A DNA stretch of 64,000 nt from Synechococcus sp. (GCA_047285535.1 JBJBDC010000001.1:2240136-2304135), one strand, 5' to 3'; positions 1 through 11,016 are shown, counted from the stretch's first letter. Notes: generated from the letters alone by a model not told the origin. Made by a program: numbers and translations.

Positions 1-412
1 GGCAGCGGTGGTTTTTGATGCCATTGGTGCAGCTCGCTCCAAGGGAACTGATTTGGTGCTTGTTGATACAGCTGGTCGACTTCAAACCAAGCACAACTTG
101 ATGGAGGAGCTTGAAAAGATTCGTCGTGTGGTTGATCGTCTTGCTCCTGATGCCCATGTGGAATCCTTATTGGTGCTTGATGCCAGTCAGGGTCAAAATG
201 GCTTGAAGCAGGCGATGGCATTTGCCCGCGCTGCTGGCCTGACTGGTGTTGTGATTACCAAGCTCGATGGAACTGCAAGAGGAGGTGTTGCTCTTGCTGT
301 TGCTTCAGAAGCGAAGTTGCCAATTCGCTTCATTGGAGCGGGTGAGTCCATTCGTGATCTTCGTCCTTTCAATAGTTTTGAGTTTGTGGAGGCCCTGCTG
401 GCAACGCGTTGA
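1..412 (+). CDS. ftsY: Signal recognition particle receptor FtsY (C-terminal part, truncated by window start)
   Basis: DTAGR, TKLDGTARGG and FIGAGE SRP-GTPase motifs. Confidence 0.95.
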   Translation, partial: AAVVFDAIGAARSKGTDLVLVDTAGRLQTKHNLMEELEKIRRVVDRLAPDAHVESLLVLDASQGQNGLKQAMAFARAAGLTGVVITKLDGTARGGVALAVASEAKLPIRFIGAGESIRDLRPFNSFEFVEALLATR

Positions 413-477
413 TGCGTTGCATTACGGCTTGATCGGCTTGAACTTGCTACGTTGCGCCTTCTGCTGGGTGGTATGCC

Positions 478-1887
478 GTGAGCAGCACACCTTTTTGGAG
501 ATATCCGGCACCTCCTCAACGGGGAGTCAGCCAATCGTCGACGGCCTCAGCTTCGTTAAGACAGCTTTTGGAAAGCCTGTCACGAGAACAGCGGTCCAAT
601 CAGGAACTGTTGGTGTCTCTTGGTTTTGCGTTGCGAAGTTTCAGCAACCTCAACCGCTTTCTGGAATTGGTGCCAGTGGTGGCTGCTCGACTCGTTGGAG
701 TGCAGGGTTCACTGCTGGTTCCGTTTCAGGCTGACGGACGCCTTTGGCGAGATCAGCTTCAGATGCTCCCTGGTTCACGTACAGATGGGTTGTTGCGGGC
801 TCTTGCTGCTCATGAGCCTGGAAACACTGTTGGGTTTGGTTCTGACGAACGCCTTGTGCGGGCCATGGATCAGATGGTTCAACGGCACCTTGGAAGTGCA
901 GGCCTGTTCTCTACCTCTTTGATTGCTCGAGGTCGTCCTAGGGGGCGCCTTTATGTATTCAATCCATCGAGTCCTCTCGCTTGGAGTGATATTCATCGCC
1001 GACACGTGCAGTTGGTTGCAGATCTCACTGGAGTCGCGATTGAGAATGATCTGATGCTTCAGGAGGCCCGTCGTCACGAACGGGTTGATCGTCAGCTCAG
1101 TATCGGAGCTGATATTCAGGCTCAGCTTTTGCCGGATCATTGTCCTGTGATTGAAGGTGTGGATCTTTCGGCTCGATGCAGGCCTGCTTTTCAAGTTGGA
1201 GGTGATTACTACGACTTCATTCCTACCCGTCCAGAACTGATCGGGCGCCGTAGGGAGCGTGGACGTTGGGCCTTTGTCATGGGCGATGTGATGGGTAAGG
1301 GTGTGCCTGCAGGACTATTGATGACGATGCTCCGCGGCATGCTGCGAGCAGAAGTTTTGAGTGGGCTTCCACCTGATCGCATCCTTTATGACCTCAACCA
1401 ATTAGCGCTTGAGGATTTGTCTCAGTCCCATCGGTTTGTGACGCTGTTTTATTCCGATTTCGATCCTCGGACCAGGCGCCTGCGTTATGCCAATGCCGCT
1501 CACAATCCACCTTTGATTTGGCGTGCTCAGTCAAGGAAATTGATGCGTTTGGATGCCCCTGGTCTCTTGATTGGCCTTCAGCCTGAAGCGGAATACGGCT
1601 GTGAATCGCTCGTTCTTGAGCCTGGTGATGTTCTTCTTTATTACACGGATGGAGTGACTGAAGCTCCTGGAATGACAGGTGATCGCTTTGATGAAGCACG
1701 GTTGATGCGTTCGCTGGAGCAATCCTGCCGATCTGGAACTGGCTCCCAAGGAATTCTTGATCAGTTGTTCAGTCGCCTTGATCGTTTTGTGGGGCCAGAT
1801 CGGCAGTTGGATGATGATGCCTCGATGGTTGTGCTCAAGATCAAGGAAGAGATCATGTTGCCTTCTGTTCCGAGGTCTTTGGCCTGA
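478..1887 (+). CDS. GAF + PP2C/SpoIIE (RsbU-like) Ser/Thr phosphatase
   Basis: VGGDYYDF, GDVMGKG, YTDGVTEA and DDASMVV PP2C motifs; N-terminal GAF-like region. Confidence 0.9.
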   Translation: MSSTPFWRYPAPPQRGVSQSSTASASLRQLLESLSREQRSNQELLVSLGFALRSFSNLNRFLELVPVVAARLVGVQGSLLVPFQADGRLWRDQLQMLPGSRTDGLLRALAAHEPGNTVGFGSDERLVRAMDQMVQRHLGSAGLFSTSLIARGRPRGRLYVFNPSSPLAWSDIHRRHVQLVADLTGVAIENDLMLQEARRHERVDRQLSIGADIQAQLLPDHCPVIEGVDLSARCRPAFQVGGDYYDFIPTRPELIGRRRERGRWAFVMGDVMGKGVPAGLLMTMLRGMLRAEVLSGLPPDRILYDLNQLALEDLSQSHRFVTLFYSDFDPRTRRLRYANAAHNPPLIWRAQSRKLMRLDAPGLLIGLQPEAEYGCESLVLEPGDVLLYYTDGVTEAPGMTGDRFDEARLMRSLEQSCRSGTGSQGILDQLFSRLDRFVGPDRQLDDDASMVVLKIKEEIMLPSVPRSLA

Positions 1888-1910
1888 CAAGCTGAGTAAA
1901 AGCGCAAAGG

Positions 1911-3338
1911 ATGAGTTCCATGCAAGGCGGGGTGACAGGTGGAGGCTCCGCAACCTGGAGTGACCGGTTTGACAAGGGATTACATCCGGTGATTGAGCGT
2001 TTCAATGCCTCGATTGCCTTTGATATCACGCTTCTTCAAGAAGATCTGGATGGATCAATCGCCCATGCCCGCATGCTGGCCGAGTGTGGTGTGATCCAGT
2101 TAGATGAGGCTGATCAACTTGTAGGTGGTCTTGAACAGATTCGCCAGGAAGCGGCATCAGGAGAATTTCAGCCGGGGCTGGCTGATGAAGACATTCATTT
2201 TGCTGTTGAACGCCGTTTAATCGCTTTGCTCGGACCGGTGGGCAAAAAATTGCACACCGGGCGGAGTCGTAATGACCAGGTTGGGACTGATTTGAGGCTT
2301 TGGCTAAGACGTCGTTTAGATGAGCTTGAACAAAATCTGCTGTTCTTTCAGCGCGCTTTGCTTCAGCAGGCCAGTCTTCATCGCAACACTCTGATTCCGG
2401 GTTACACACATTTGCAGCGGGCTCAGCCCCTCTGCCTCGCCCACCATCTTCTTGCCTATGTGGAGATGTTGGAGAGGGATCGGCAGAGGATGGCGGATGT
2501 TCGCAAACGGTTGAATTGCTCACCTTTGGGAGCCGCAGCTTTGGCTGGCACTCCGGTGCCGATTGATCGCAGAAGTACCGCCTTGGCCCTTGGATTTGAC
2601 AGCATCTATGCCAACAGCCTTGATGCGGTCAGTGATCGTGATTTCACAGTTGAATTTTCGGCCGCGGCCTCACTGGTGATGGTCCATCTCAGTCGTCTTG
2701 CCGAGGAGGTGATTTTTTGGGCTTCAGAGGAATGTGGCTTTGTACAGCTCACAGATCGTTGTGCGACTGGAAGCAGCCTGATGCCGCAAAAAAAGAATCC
2801 TGATGTCCCTGAATTGGTGCGTGGCAAATGCGGCCGCGTCTTCGGCCATTTGCAAGGTCTGTTGACAATGATTAAAGGCTTACCACTGGCTTACAACAAA
2901 GATTTTCAAGAAGATAAAGAGGCTCTGTTTGATGTGGTTTCCACCACCATGCAATGCCTTGAAGCGATGACGATTTTGATGCAGGAAGGCTTGAGTTTCA
3001 GGACAGAGCGCCTTGCAGCTGCTGTGGCTGCGGACTACTCCAATGCCACCGATGTGGCCGATTATCTTGTCGCCAAGAACGTTCCTTTTCGGGAGGCCTA
3101 TCAACTGGTAGGTGCTGTCGTGAAACATTGCCTCCAGGAAGGTGTGCTTCTTTGTGAACTGACTCTTGAAAGTTGGCAGCAGTTTCATCCCGCTTTTGAG
3201 GCTGATTTGTTCGAGTCACTGAAACCCCGAAATGTTGTGGCAGCTCGAACCAGCGAAGGAGGAACAGGATTCGATCGCGTCCAGGAACAGCTTGCAATTT
3301 GGAACAAACGACTTGGACTTGAGGATCAGATTTTGTAA
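1911..3338 (+). CDS. argH: Argininosuccinate lyase
   Basis: [15 protein letters not shown] and [12 protein letters not shown] signature; start could be 1920. Confidence 0.97.
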   Translation: MSSMQGGVTGGGSATWSDRFDKGLHPVIERFNASIAFDITLLQEDLDGSIAHARMLAECGVIQLDEADQLVGGLEQIRQEAASGEFQPGLADEDIHFAVERRLIALLGPVGKKLHTGRSRNDQVGTDLRLWLRRRLDELEQNLLFFQRALLQQASLHRNTLIPGYTHLQRAQPLCLAHHLLAYVEMLERDRQRMADVRKRLNCSPLGAAALAGTPVPIDRRSTALALGFDSIYANSLDAVSDRDFTVEFSAAASLVMVHLSRLAEEVIFWASEECGFVQLTDRCATGSSLMPQKKNPDVPELVRGKCGRVFGHLQGLLTMIKGLPLAYNKDFQEDKEALFDVVSTTMQCLEAMTILMQEGLSFRTERLAAAVAADYSNATDVADYLVAKNVPFREAYQLVGAVVKHCLQEGVLLCELTLESWQQFHPAFEADLFESLKPRNVVAARTSEGGTGFDRVQEQLAIWNKRLGLEDQIL

Positions 3339-3465
3339 TGGGTGATCATTAGGCTGAGATCGGACTACTCTGATAAGGCCTGAGATTCAAAGATCCTTTA
3401 CTGGTCGATGAATCGATGGCCTTTTTGATCCCATTGGTCCCTCTCAACTTCGGTCCATCAGGAAA

Positions 3466-4068
3466 GTGAGCATTTTTGTTGGCAATCTGCCGTTCCGGGC
3501 AGAGCAGGAAGACATCATTGAGTTGTTTTCAACCTATGGAGAGGTCACGAATTGTGCCCTCCCTCTTGAGCGCGATACGGGTCGCAAACGCGGCTTTGCT
3601 TTCGTCGAAATGAGCGACGAAGCAGCTGAAGCATCCGCTATCGAAGCGCTTCAGGGTGCTGAGCTGATGGGGCGTCCATTGCGCATCAACAAGGCTGAGC
3701 CTCGTGGCAGTGCCCCTCGTCGTGGCGGCGGTGGCTACGGCGGTGGCTACGGCGGCGGTGGCCGTGGTGGTGATGGTGGCTACGGCGGCGGTGGCTACGG
3801 CGGCGGTGGCCGTGGTGGTGATGGTGGCTACGGCGGCGGTGGCTACGGCGGTGGCCGTGGTGGTGATGGTGGCTACGGCGGCGGTGGCTACGGCGGCGGT
3901 GGCCGTGGTGGTGATGGTGGAGAACGCCGCTCTGGAGCTAGTGGCTGGGAAGATCGCAGCTATGGGGGAGGAGCACCTCCATCTGGCGGCAGCTACGAAG
4001 ATGGTCGTACTCGTCGGCGTCGCGGCGGAGCCGACGACAACGGTGGTTACAGCGGTGCCGAGAGCTGA
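3466..4068 (+). CDS. RRM RNA-binding protein with glycine-rich tail (cyanobacterial Rbp family)
   Basis: RNP2 IFVGNL and RNP1 RGFAFVEM, followed by GGY/RGG repeats. Confidence 0.93.
   Translation: MSIFVGNLPFRAEQEDIIELFSTYGEVTNCALPLERDTGRKRGFAFVEMSDEAAEASAIEALQGAELMGRPLRINKAEPRGSAPRRGGGGYGGGYGGGGRGGDGGYGGGGYGGGGRGGDGGYGGGGYGGGRGGDGGYGGGGYGGGGRGGDGGERRSGASGWEDRSYGGGAPPSGGSYEDGRTRRRRGGADDNGGYSGAES
3730..3915 (+). repeat. Four tandem 45-48 bp coding repeats (GGYGG(G)GYGG(G)GRGGD)
   Basis: Near-identical units at 3730, 3775, 3823 and 3868, each ending ggccgtggtggtgat. Confidence 0.9.
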
Positions 4069-4085
4069 CGCCTCTTTGAGTATGT

Positions 4086-5090
4086 TCAAAGCCCGGCATC
4101 TAGAAGCTGCTTAGTTGCGTTTTCGAGGACATCAACTCCAGCATTTGCTCTTTGAGCTTTGGTGGTTAGTTGATGTCTCCAATGCTTTGCTCCTGGTACA
4201 CCTTCCACAATCTGGACCAGGTGGCGACATATATCCCAAATTCGTCCTCCTCGTTGAAGATGACGTTCAGCGTGGGGAAGCAGTCCGATCAGCACATCTG
4301 AAGCAAGCAACTTCTGAGGAGCGTCGCCGAAGATCAATCTGTCGATGTTTTTCCAGCGCATGGGATGGGCATAGGCGGCGCGTCCGACCATGGCTCCATC
4401 ACAGTGCTTTAAGGCTTTAAGGCAATCATCAGGAGTTTCAAGACCACCATTCAATTCGATGGTGAGCTCAGGTCTGGATTCTTTTAAAGCGATGACCCGA
4501 TCATGCTGAAGGGCAGGAATTGTGCGGTTTTGTTTGGGGTCCAATCCCTCTAGCCATGCTTTTCGAGCATGCACTGAAAAACGCATGGCACCGGCGGCAG
4601 ACACCTGATCCACAAATCTTCTTAGTAGGTCATCACTGTCGAGATCATTAATCCCAACTCGATGTTTGACAGTGACTGAAAGGGATGATGCTCTAACCAT
4701 GGCTTCTACGCAGCGCGCGACGGTCTCAGGTTCTGCCATTAGGCAAGCCCCGAAATTTCCCGCTTGAACTCGAGGGCTAGGACAGCCCACATTGAGATTG
4801 ATTTCGTCGTAACCCCAATCTGCGGCCATCCGAGTTGCTTCAGCTAGCAATGCAGGATCGTCGCCCCCTACCTGCAGTGCTAGGGGATGTTCCTCTGGAT
4901 CGAAGTCCAGCAGGCGTTCACGGCGCGTGCTGTGATGCAGTGCCTGCGCTACCACCATCTCGCTGTAAAGCAGGCTTTTTTTGCTGATCTGGCGCATCAG
5001 CATGCGGAAATGCCGATCAGTGCAGTCCAGCATGGGTGCAACACTGAAGCGCCAGGCGGGTTCCCGATCAGGGTTCAGTGGGGAATCCAT
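4086..5090 (-). CDS. dusA: tRNA dihydrouridine(20/20a) synthase
   Basis: FSVAPMLDCTDRHFR, INLNVGCPS, VHARKAW motifs; start taken at MDSPL (ORF open to 5153). Confidence 0.93.
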   Translation of the reverse strand: MDSPLNPDREPAWRFSVAPMLDCTDRHFRMLMRQISKKSLLYSEMVVAQALHHSTRRERLLDFDPEEHPLALQVGGDDPALLAEATRMAADWGYDEINLNVGCPSPRVQAGNFGACLMAEPETVARCVEAMVRASSLSVTVKHRVGINDLDSDDLLRRFVDQVSAAGAMRFSVHARKAWLEGLDPKQNRTIPALQHDRVIALKESRPELTIELNGGLETPDDCLKALKHCDGAMVGRAAYAHPMRWKNIDRLIFGDAPQKLLASDVLIGLLPHAERHLQRGGRIWDICRHLVQIVEGVPGAKHWRHQLTTKAQRANAGVDVLENATKQLLDAGL

Positions 5091-5170
5091 TCCACCATGC
5101 TGCCTCGTCTCATGCCCGTATCGCTTTAGAACAAAGAGACTGTTTAAGGACACGTCAGATGAGTGCTTCG

Positions 5171-5668
5171 ATGCAGCCTTGGTTGTTGAGTCGACGTTTG
5201 ATGCTTATGGCCTTCATCGCCGGGATAATGCGTCTGTTGAAAGTCCCTCAGGTATTGGCCGCATCCAAAGCAGGAGAGGCATCATGGGATCTCAGCGACG
5301 CGGAATGGAAGAAGCGTTTGTCTCCTGAGGCTTATCAGGTTTTGAGGAAGGAAGGGACAGAACGACCGTTTACCAGTCGGTTCAACGACGAAAAGCGTGA
5401 TGGCACTTATCACTGCGCTGGTTGTGACCTGCCTTTGTTCGCTTCAGCCACCAAGTTCGACAGTGGCACCGGCTGGCCCAGTTTCTGGGATCCGCTTCCT
5501 GGTGGTGTTGAAACGAAAATAGATTTTAAATTAATTCTTCCGCGCACTGAATATCACTGCAGTCGTTGTGGGGGTCATCAGGGTCATGTGTTCAATGACG
5601 GTCCCCGACCGACGGGAAAACGCTACTGCAACAACGGGGTCGCCCTGCGTTTCAAACCCACGCCATGA
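5171..5668 (+). CDS. msrB: Peptide methionine-(R)-sulfoxide reductase with N-terminal signal-like extension
   Basis: GTERPF, CxxC, GTGWPSF, HQGHVFNDGP and RYCNN motifs; start 5159 or 5171. Confidence 0.93.
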   Translation: MQPWLLSRRLMLMAFIAGIMRLLKVPQVLAASKAGEASWDLSDAEWKKRLSPEAYQVLRKEGTERPFTSRFNDEKRDGTYHCAGCDLPLFASATKFDSGTGWPSFWDPLPGGVETKIDFKLILPRTEYHCSRCGGHQGHVFNDGPRPTGKRYCNNGVALRFKPTP

Positions 5669-6911
5669 TCTGATCGTTATTGGTGGTGGGCCTGCGGGAT
5701 TTATGGCGGCCATCACCGCCGCTGAGCGAGGGGTGAATGATGTTTTGATTTTGGAAGCCACCACTGAGGTGCTCACAAAAGTGCGCATTAGTGGTGGCGG
5801 ACGATGCAATGTCACCCATGCCTGTTGGGATCCGTTGGAGTTGGTGGGCCATTACCCAAGAGGATCTCGCGCATTGAGAGGTCCATTTAGTCGCTTTGCC
5901 TGTAGTGATTCGATCGCTTGGTTTGATGACCATGGTCTAACGCTGGTCGAAGAGTCTGATGGCCGTATGTTTCCTCAGCAGAATCGATCTGAAGCCGTAG
6001 TCAAGTGCCTGAAGCAGGCGGCTTTGGCTGCAGGTGTTGAAATTCGATGTTGCTCTGCTGTGCGAGATCTCAGCTGCTCCGATGGGGGGGAGTTTCAAAT
6101 CTCCGACCAACATGCTTCTCTCCATCGCGCTCGTCGGGTCTTGTTGGCCAGTGGTGGTCATCCCAGTGGTCGTCGTCTTGCTCAGCAGTTGGGCCACACC
6201 ATCGTGCCACCGGTGCCTTCGCTGTTCAGCCTGACCTTGCATGCTCCTGCCTTGAATCAATGCAGTGGTATTGCGATTGATGATGTGAGTTTGAAGTTGC
6301 AGGTTGGTGATCAACGCTTTCAAGAGATGGGCCGGGTGCTGATTACCCATCGAGGTGTAAGCGGTCCTGCCACATTGAGGCTCACGGCGTTTGCCGCTCG
6401 AGCCCTGCATGCGAATCGTTACAAGGGTGATTTGCTGGTTGATTGGAGCTGTGGCTTGGGACGCGAGCGCGTTCAGCAGAGGTTGCAAAAGGCCCGTCGT
6501 GAGAAGGCGCGTCGCACTGTGGTGGCCGCGAAGCCTTTTGAGCATTTGCCACGACGCCTTTGGCTTGCCTTCCTGATGCAGGCGGGAGTGCACGGTGAGC
6601 TGCGTTGGGCGGATCTTCCTGCCAAAGCGGAACGCAATTTAGTGGAGATACTCTGCGCTCATCGTTTGGCCATTCAGGGCCGCGGTCCTTTCGGCGAAGA
6701 GTTTGTGACCGCTGGTGGCGTTGATTTGGGTCAGGTGAACTTGGCCACCATGGAAAGTCGGTGCTGTCCTGGGTTGTATTTAGCGGGTGAGTTGCTCGAT
6801 GTGGATGGGGTCACAGGAGGCTTTAATTTCCAAGCCTGTTGGAGTGGCGGCTGGCTCGCTGGTGAGGCCATCGCGGCGGGGTCATTTATTGAATCTGATC
6901 GAACACCGTAA
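5568..6911 (+). CDS. NAD(P)/FAD-dependent oxidoreductase, HI0933/BaiN family
   Basis: IGGGPAG, KVRISGGGRCNVT, VTAGGV and GGFNFQAC; true start uncertain because the ORF overlaps msrB. Confidence 0.88.
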   Translation: MGVIRVMCSMTVPDRRENATATTGSPCVSNPRHDLIVIGGGPAGFMAAITAAERGVNDVLILEATTEVLTKVRISGGGRCNVTHACWDPLELVGHYPRGSRALRGPFSRFACSDSIAWFDDHGLTLVEESDGRMFPQQNRSEAVVKCLKQAALAAGVEIRCCSAVRDLSCSDGGEFQISDQHASLHRARRVLLASGGHPSGRRLAQQLGHTIVPPVPSLFSLTLHAPALNQCSGIAIDDVSLKLQVGDQRFQEMGRVLITHRGVSGPATLRLTAFAARALHANRYKGDLLVDWSCGLGRERVQQRLQKARREKARRTVVAAKPFEHLPRRLWLAFLMQAGVHGELRWADLPAKAERNLVEILCAHRLAIQGRGPFGEEFVTAGGVDLGQVNLATMESRCCPGLYLAGELLDVDGVTGGFNFQACWSGGWLAGEAIAAGSFIESDRTP

Positions 6912-8142
6912 ACATCGGTAGATACATCGCCAGTAGGATTGAGCCCACAATTCCTCCCACAACAACAATCATTGCTGGCTCAAGCATGGAGGTTAGTGCT
7001 TTGACAGATGTGGAGACTTCGTCTTCATAGAAGTCGGCAACTTTGCTTAGCATTCGATCCATTTCGCCGGTTTCTTCTCCGATCGAGAGCATACTGAGAG
7101 CCATGCTTGGCAATACCTTTTGACGGGTGAGAGCTGTGCTGAGCAATACACCCTCTTGAACCTGGGCCCGGGATTCCAGAATTGCGTCAGAGATGATGGA
7201 ATTGCCTGCGGTTTCACTGGAGATTTCAAGAGACATCAGGATCGGAACGCCGGCGCGTGTAAGTGAGCTGAAGATGCGACAGAACTGAGCGGTGGCCGTT
7301 TTCATGATGAGATCGCCAAATAATGGCAGCTTAAGTATTAATTTGTCAAGTTTTCTTCGACCGTTGTATGTGTTGTAATAACGACTGATTATCCAGATAA
7401 TCCCCAATAGAAAGCCGGCGAAAACAAGTGAGGCTGAAGAACGAAGTAAACCACTTAAATCCACCATTAATTGAGTAAATAGGGGTAATTCAGCACCAAG
7501 ATCTTCGAAGATTCCGGCGAAGGTTGGAATCAAAAAGATCGTCATTCCTAGAAACACGAGAATGGCGATCACCAGTACAGCGATCGGATATCCCAAGGCA
7601 CCTTTGATCTGGTTCTGGAGTCTGGCGTTGTCTTCCAGAAGCTTTGCAAGTCGTTTCAGGGATTCATCTAGAACACCTCCGGCTTCGCCTGCTTCGACCA
7701 TCGCGATGGTGAGCTGGTCGAAGACTTTGGGCCACAGGCGCATGGCTGCTGCCATCGCCGTGCCTTGATTCACCTCTAGTCCCACTGCAGTGAGAGCCTT
7801 TTTGAACATCGGGAGTTTCTGCTGCGTGGCCATGAGGTCAAGGCTGCGTACGATCGGCACTCCTGCATCCACAAGCGCGGCCAATTTGCTTGCCCAAATG
7901 GCTTTTTCTTTGACTCCAGGTGGCTTTTGAAAGGCTTCTCCCAGATCCATCGACAACCAACTTCCTGACGAGCTTCCATCAACGTTTTTGGAATCGGATC
8001 TGGCTTGGTCTTGGCGAAGGTCATCCGCTTTAATTCCCCGCCTCCTCAACAGTCGTTTAGCTGACACAGCATCACTCGCCTTGATTGTCACAGTGCGCGG
8101 CTGCCCTGTGCTTGAGGTGTAGGTGGCGGTGAAAGAAACCAT
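6886..8142 (-). CDS. pilC: Type IV pilus inner-membrane platform protein (GspF family)
   Basis: Two T2SSF domains (AGEAGGVL, IGEETGEMD, LEPAMIV); downstream of pilB-pilT. Confidence 0.93.
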   Translation of the reverse strand: MVSFTATYTSSTGQPRTVTIKASDAVSAKRLLRRRGIKADDLRQDQARSDSKNVDGSSSGSWLSMDLGEAFQKPPGVKEKAIWASKLAALVDAGVPIVRSLDLMATQQKLPMFKKALTAVGLEVNQGTAMAAAMRLWPKVFDQLTIAMVEAGEAGGVLDESLKRLAKLLEDNARLQNQIKGALGYPIAVLVIAILVFLGMTIFLIPTFAGIFEDLGAELPLFTQLMVDLSGLLRSSASLVFAGFLLGIIWIISRYYNTYNGRRKLDKLILKLPLFGDLIMKTATAQFCRIFSSLTRAGVPILMSLEISSETAGNSIISDAILESRAQVQEGVLLSTALTRQKVLPSMALSMLSIGEETGEMDRMLSKVADFYEDEVSTSVKALTSMLEPAMIVVVGGIVGSILLAMYLPMFTVFDQIQ

Positions 8143-8158
8143 GCCCTGAGCAACCGAT

Positions 8159-9232
8159 TCAGTTGTTGATCAGACGATCAAGTTCAGCGGGTTTGCTGGC
8201 TTTGCTCTGCGCTTCATCAAGGCTGATCTCGCCCTGTTGGATCAGATCGGCAAGAGCTCTCTCCAGAGTTTGCATGCCGCGTTCGCCCCCGGTTTGAATT
8301 TGGGAATACAGCTGTGCTGTTTTGCCTTCCCGGATCAAATTGGCGATCGCTGGTGTGTTGATCATGATTTCTTGAGCCATGACGCGACCGAACTGTCCCG
8401 GGGCAGGATTTTGGCGGCGGCAGAGGGTCTGAGAGAACACTGCAGTCAGGCTTCCAGAGAGTTGAACGCGGATTTGGGTTTGTTGGCCAGGTGGGAACAC
8501 ATCCACCATCCGGTCAACGGTTTGGGCGGCAGAACTGGTGTGCAGGGTTCCGAATACCAGATGACCGGTCTCCGCGGCGCTAATGGCCAGCTGAATTGTT
8601 TCTAGATCGCGCATTTCACCCACCAAAATCACGTCTGGGTCTTCGCGTAAAGCGGCGCGAAGAGCATTGGCGAAACTGCGTGTGTCTTCGTTGAGTTGGC
8701 GTTGATGCACCAAGCTGAGATCACTTTGATAAATGAATTCGATCGGGTCCTCGATGGTGAGGATGTGTTCGGCTCGTGTGTGGTTGATGTGATCAAGAAG
8801 CGCTGCCAGCGTGGTGGTTTTGCCTGAGCCCGTGGGGCCTGTCACCAACACAAGACCACGAGGGCGTTTGCTGGTTTCCACCACCACTGGCGGCAACTTC
8901 AGACGTTCAACAGTGGGGATTTTGTTTCCCAAAGCACGTAGGCAGGCGGCATAGCTTCCTTTTTGTCGATATACATTCACGCGGAAACGGGCGACGCCTT
9001 TGAGGCCATAAGCACAATCCAGTTCCCAAGTCTGCTCCAGAGTTTTGCGCTGGCTGTTGTTGAGCATCGAAAAGATCAAACGGTTGCAGCTCTCCTCACT
9101 GAGCGCTTCTTCTTTCATGGGTCGAAGTTCACCACTAAATCGTCCGAAAGGCGGCTGTCCGCTGGCGATGTGGAGGTCGCTTCCACTTTCGTTCACCAGT
9201 TGTTCCATGAGGTCTTCGATCATTAGGTCCAT
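8159..9232 (-). CDS. pilT: Type IV pilus retraction ATPase
   Basis: GPTGSGKTT, TIEDPIE, ALREDPD, GEMRD and AIANLIRE motifs. Confidence 0.95.
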   Translation of the reverse strand: MDLMIEDLMEQLVNESGSDLHIASGQPPFGRFSGELRPMKEEALSEESCNRLIFSMLNNSQRKTLEQTWELDCAYGLKGVARFRVNVYRQKGSYAACLRALGNKIPTVERLKLPPVVVETSKRPRGLVLVTGPTGSGKTTTLAALLDHINHTRAEHILTIEDPIEFIYQSDLSLVHQRQLNEDTRSFANALRAALREDPDVILVGEMRDLETIQLAISAAETGHLVFGTLHTSSAAQTVDRMVDVFPPGQQTQIRVQLSGSLTAVFSQTLCRRQNPAPGQFGRVMAQEIMINTPAIANLIREGKTAQLYSQIQTGGERGMQTLERALADLIQQGEISLDEAQSKASKPAELDRLINN

Positions 9233-9243
9233 GCTCGGAGCTC

Positions 9244-11016
9244 TCACTGGCGTGGTGTTAGGCAATAGGGGCATTCCAGCCAACCTTCTTGCAAGCCGCC
9301 ACCACATCCTTGGCAGGTGACGGAGCTGAGGGCTCTGGCTCGTTGCTCCGATTCCAGGCCAGCATCTGTCAGCACCATCCGATCGACTTCTTCAAGAGTG
9401 GTGTGACCTTCGCGTACAAGCTCGAGGCTGTAACCAAGCAAGGTTTTCATTCCACCTTCGAGGGCTAATTGGCGAACGAGATCAGTTGTTGCACCCTTTG
9501 CCACCGATGCGGCCAAGGTTTCATTCATGCGCAGCACTTCGTACACACCGATGCGCCCCTTGTAACCGGTGCCCTGACAGGTGGGGCAAGGCTTGTTTGA
9601 TCCTTCATGGCGTTTGGCTTTGAAAAATGTGACGTCATTTTCATTGCTAGTAATGAGGCCAAATCGACCCAATTCATGGGCGTCAGGGTGATAAGGGATA
9701 CGGCAATCGTTGCAAACTCTTCGAAGCAAGCGTTGAGAAACGATGCCGAGCAAGGAAGCGCTCACCATGAAAGGTTCGATGCCCATTTCATCGAGTCGCG
9801 CGATGGCACTTGGTGCATCGTTGCAGTGCAGGGTGGTCAATACAAGGTGACCGGTTAGGGCCGCTTCAATGGCGGTTTTTGCAGTTTCCTGGTCTCGGGT
9901 CTCACCTACCAAAAGCACATCAGGGTCCTGGCGCATGAAAGCTCGAAGAGCGGTACTGAAATCGAATCCCTTTTCTCGATTGACCTGGCATTGAGTGATT
10001 CCTGGTAATGTGTATTCAATTGGATCTTCTACAGTGGAGATATTGATACCAGGTTCATTGCGCTCTGCCAACAACGAATAAAGAGTTGTCGATTTACCAG
10101 ATCCTGTAGGTCCGGTAACAAGAATCATGCCAAATGGTTTCGAACCAAGAGTTCGAACAGTTTCCAGTGTGACCGGGTTTGAAATCAGTTTGTCTAACCC
10201 CAGTTGAGTGGACTGGCTGTCGAGTAAACGCAGGCAAATCTTTTCTCCGTAGCGGCTTGGCAGGCTGTTGACACGGAAGTCGACGGTTCGTTCTTTATGC
10301 TTTCTACGGATGCGACCATCCTGTGCTTGTCTTCTTTCAGCAATATCAAGATCCGCCATAATCTTGAAGCGAGATGTGATCGCAGGAATTAATCGAGTGG
10401 GAAGTGGTTGTGTTAAATTAGTGAGAACACCATCCTTTCGCATTCTTATCTGTAACCCAGATTGCTGTGGTTCTACGTGGATGTCGCTGGCATTCATTTC
10501 CAGTGCCTTGATTAAAATCCGATCCACAAGAGTGATGATCGGAGATTGATCAGCACCGGAAAGATTGAGTGTTAGTGAGGATAGAGATTGGCTCTGTATT
10601 TCCTCTTCGTCGGGATCAGTATATAAAACACCTTCAGTATCAAATCCTTCAAGAAACGATTCAGCTGTAGTGCTAATTAATTCTTGATTGATTTCTGAGT
10701 TGGATTCGCTTGTGTGAGGATCAAGAATTCGATTTAGATGGACTGCATTGGTCAGTACAAGCTTGCAGATATAGCCATGGTTTTTTAAGGTCTGTAGAAC
10801 CTGCTCACGGCTCGCCCGCTCGCTGCTGCTTGCAATGGCAACGGTGAGGGCGTCGTTGGTGAGATGGATTGGGAGCGCCTGCAGTTGCCTCCATGTCTCA
10901 AGGTCAAGAACCTTGCCGGAATGAAGGAGCGCTTCTCCGGCTGTCAGCTCTGCTTCGGAAATCAGAGTTGCCGGCAGAGCAGGCGGTAGTGGCATTCGGG
11001 TGGGGTCGGCGCTCAT
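9244..11016 (-). CDS. pilB: Type IV pilus assembly ATPase (GspE/PilB family)
   Basis: [28 protein letters not shown], tetra-Cys motif and C-terminal CxxC..CxxC tail. Confidence 0.93.
   Translation of the reverse strand: MSADPTRMPLPPALPATLISEAELTAGEALLHSGKVLDLETWRQLQALPIHLTNDALTVAIASSSERASREQVLQTLKNHGYICKLVLTNAVHLNRILDPHTSESNSEINQELISTTAESFLEGFDTEGVLYTDPDEEEIQSQSLSSLTLNLSGADQSPIITLVDRILIKALEMNASDIHVEPQQSGLQIRMRKDGVLTNLTQPLPTRLIPAITSRFKIMADLDIAERRQAQDGRIRRKHKERTVDFRVNSLPSRYGEKICLRLLDSQSTQLGLDKLISNPVTLETVRTLGSKPFGMILVTGPTGSGKSTTLYSLLAERNEPGINISTVEDPIEYTLPGITQCQVNREKGFDFSTALRAFMRQDPDVLLVGETRDQETAKTAIEAALTGHLVLTTLHCNDAPSAIARLDEMGIEPFMVSASLLGIVSQRLLRRVCNDCRIPYHPDAHELGRFGLITSNENDVTFFKAKRHEGSNKPCPTCQGTGYKGRIGVYEVLRMNETLAASVAKGATTDLVRQLALEGGMKTLLGYSLELVREGHTTLEEVDRMVLTDAGLESEQRARALSSVTCQGCGGGLQEGWLECPYCLTPRQ

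Noticed and set aside
3529..4114. Long Ala/Thr/Val-repeat ORFs (3529-4089 minus, 3704-4114 plus)
   Set aside because: Shadow frames of the glycine-rich repeat in the rbp gene
10392..10403. ATCGAGTGGGAA, a 12-bp match to the guaA att core
   Set aside because: It lies inside intact pilB coding sequence with no mobility context. Treated as chance, and it shows that short att matches need context.
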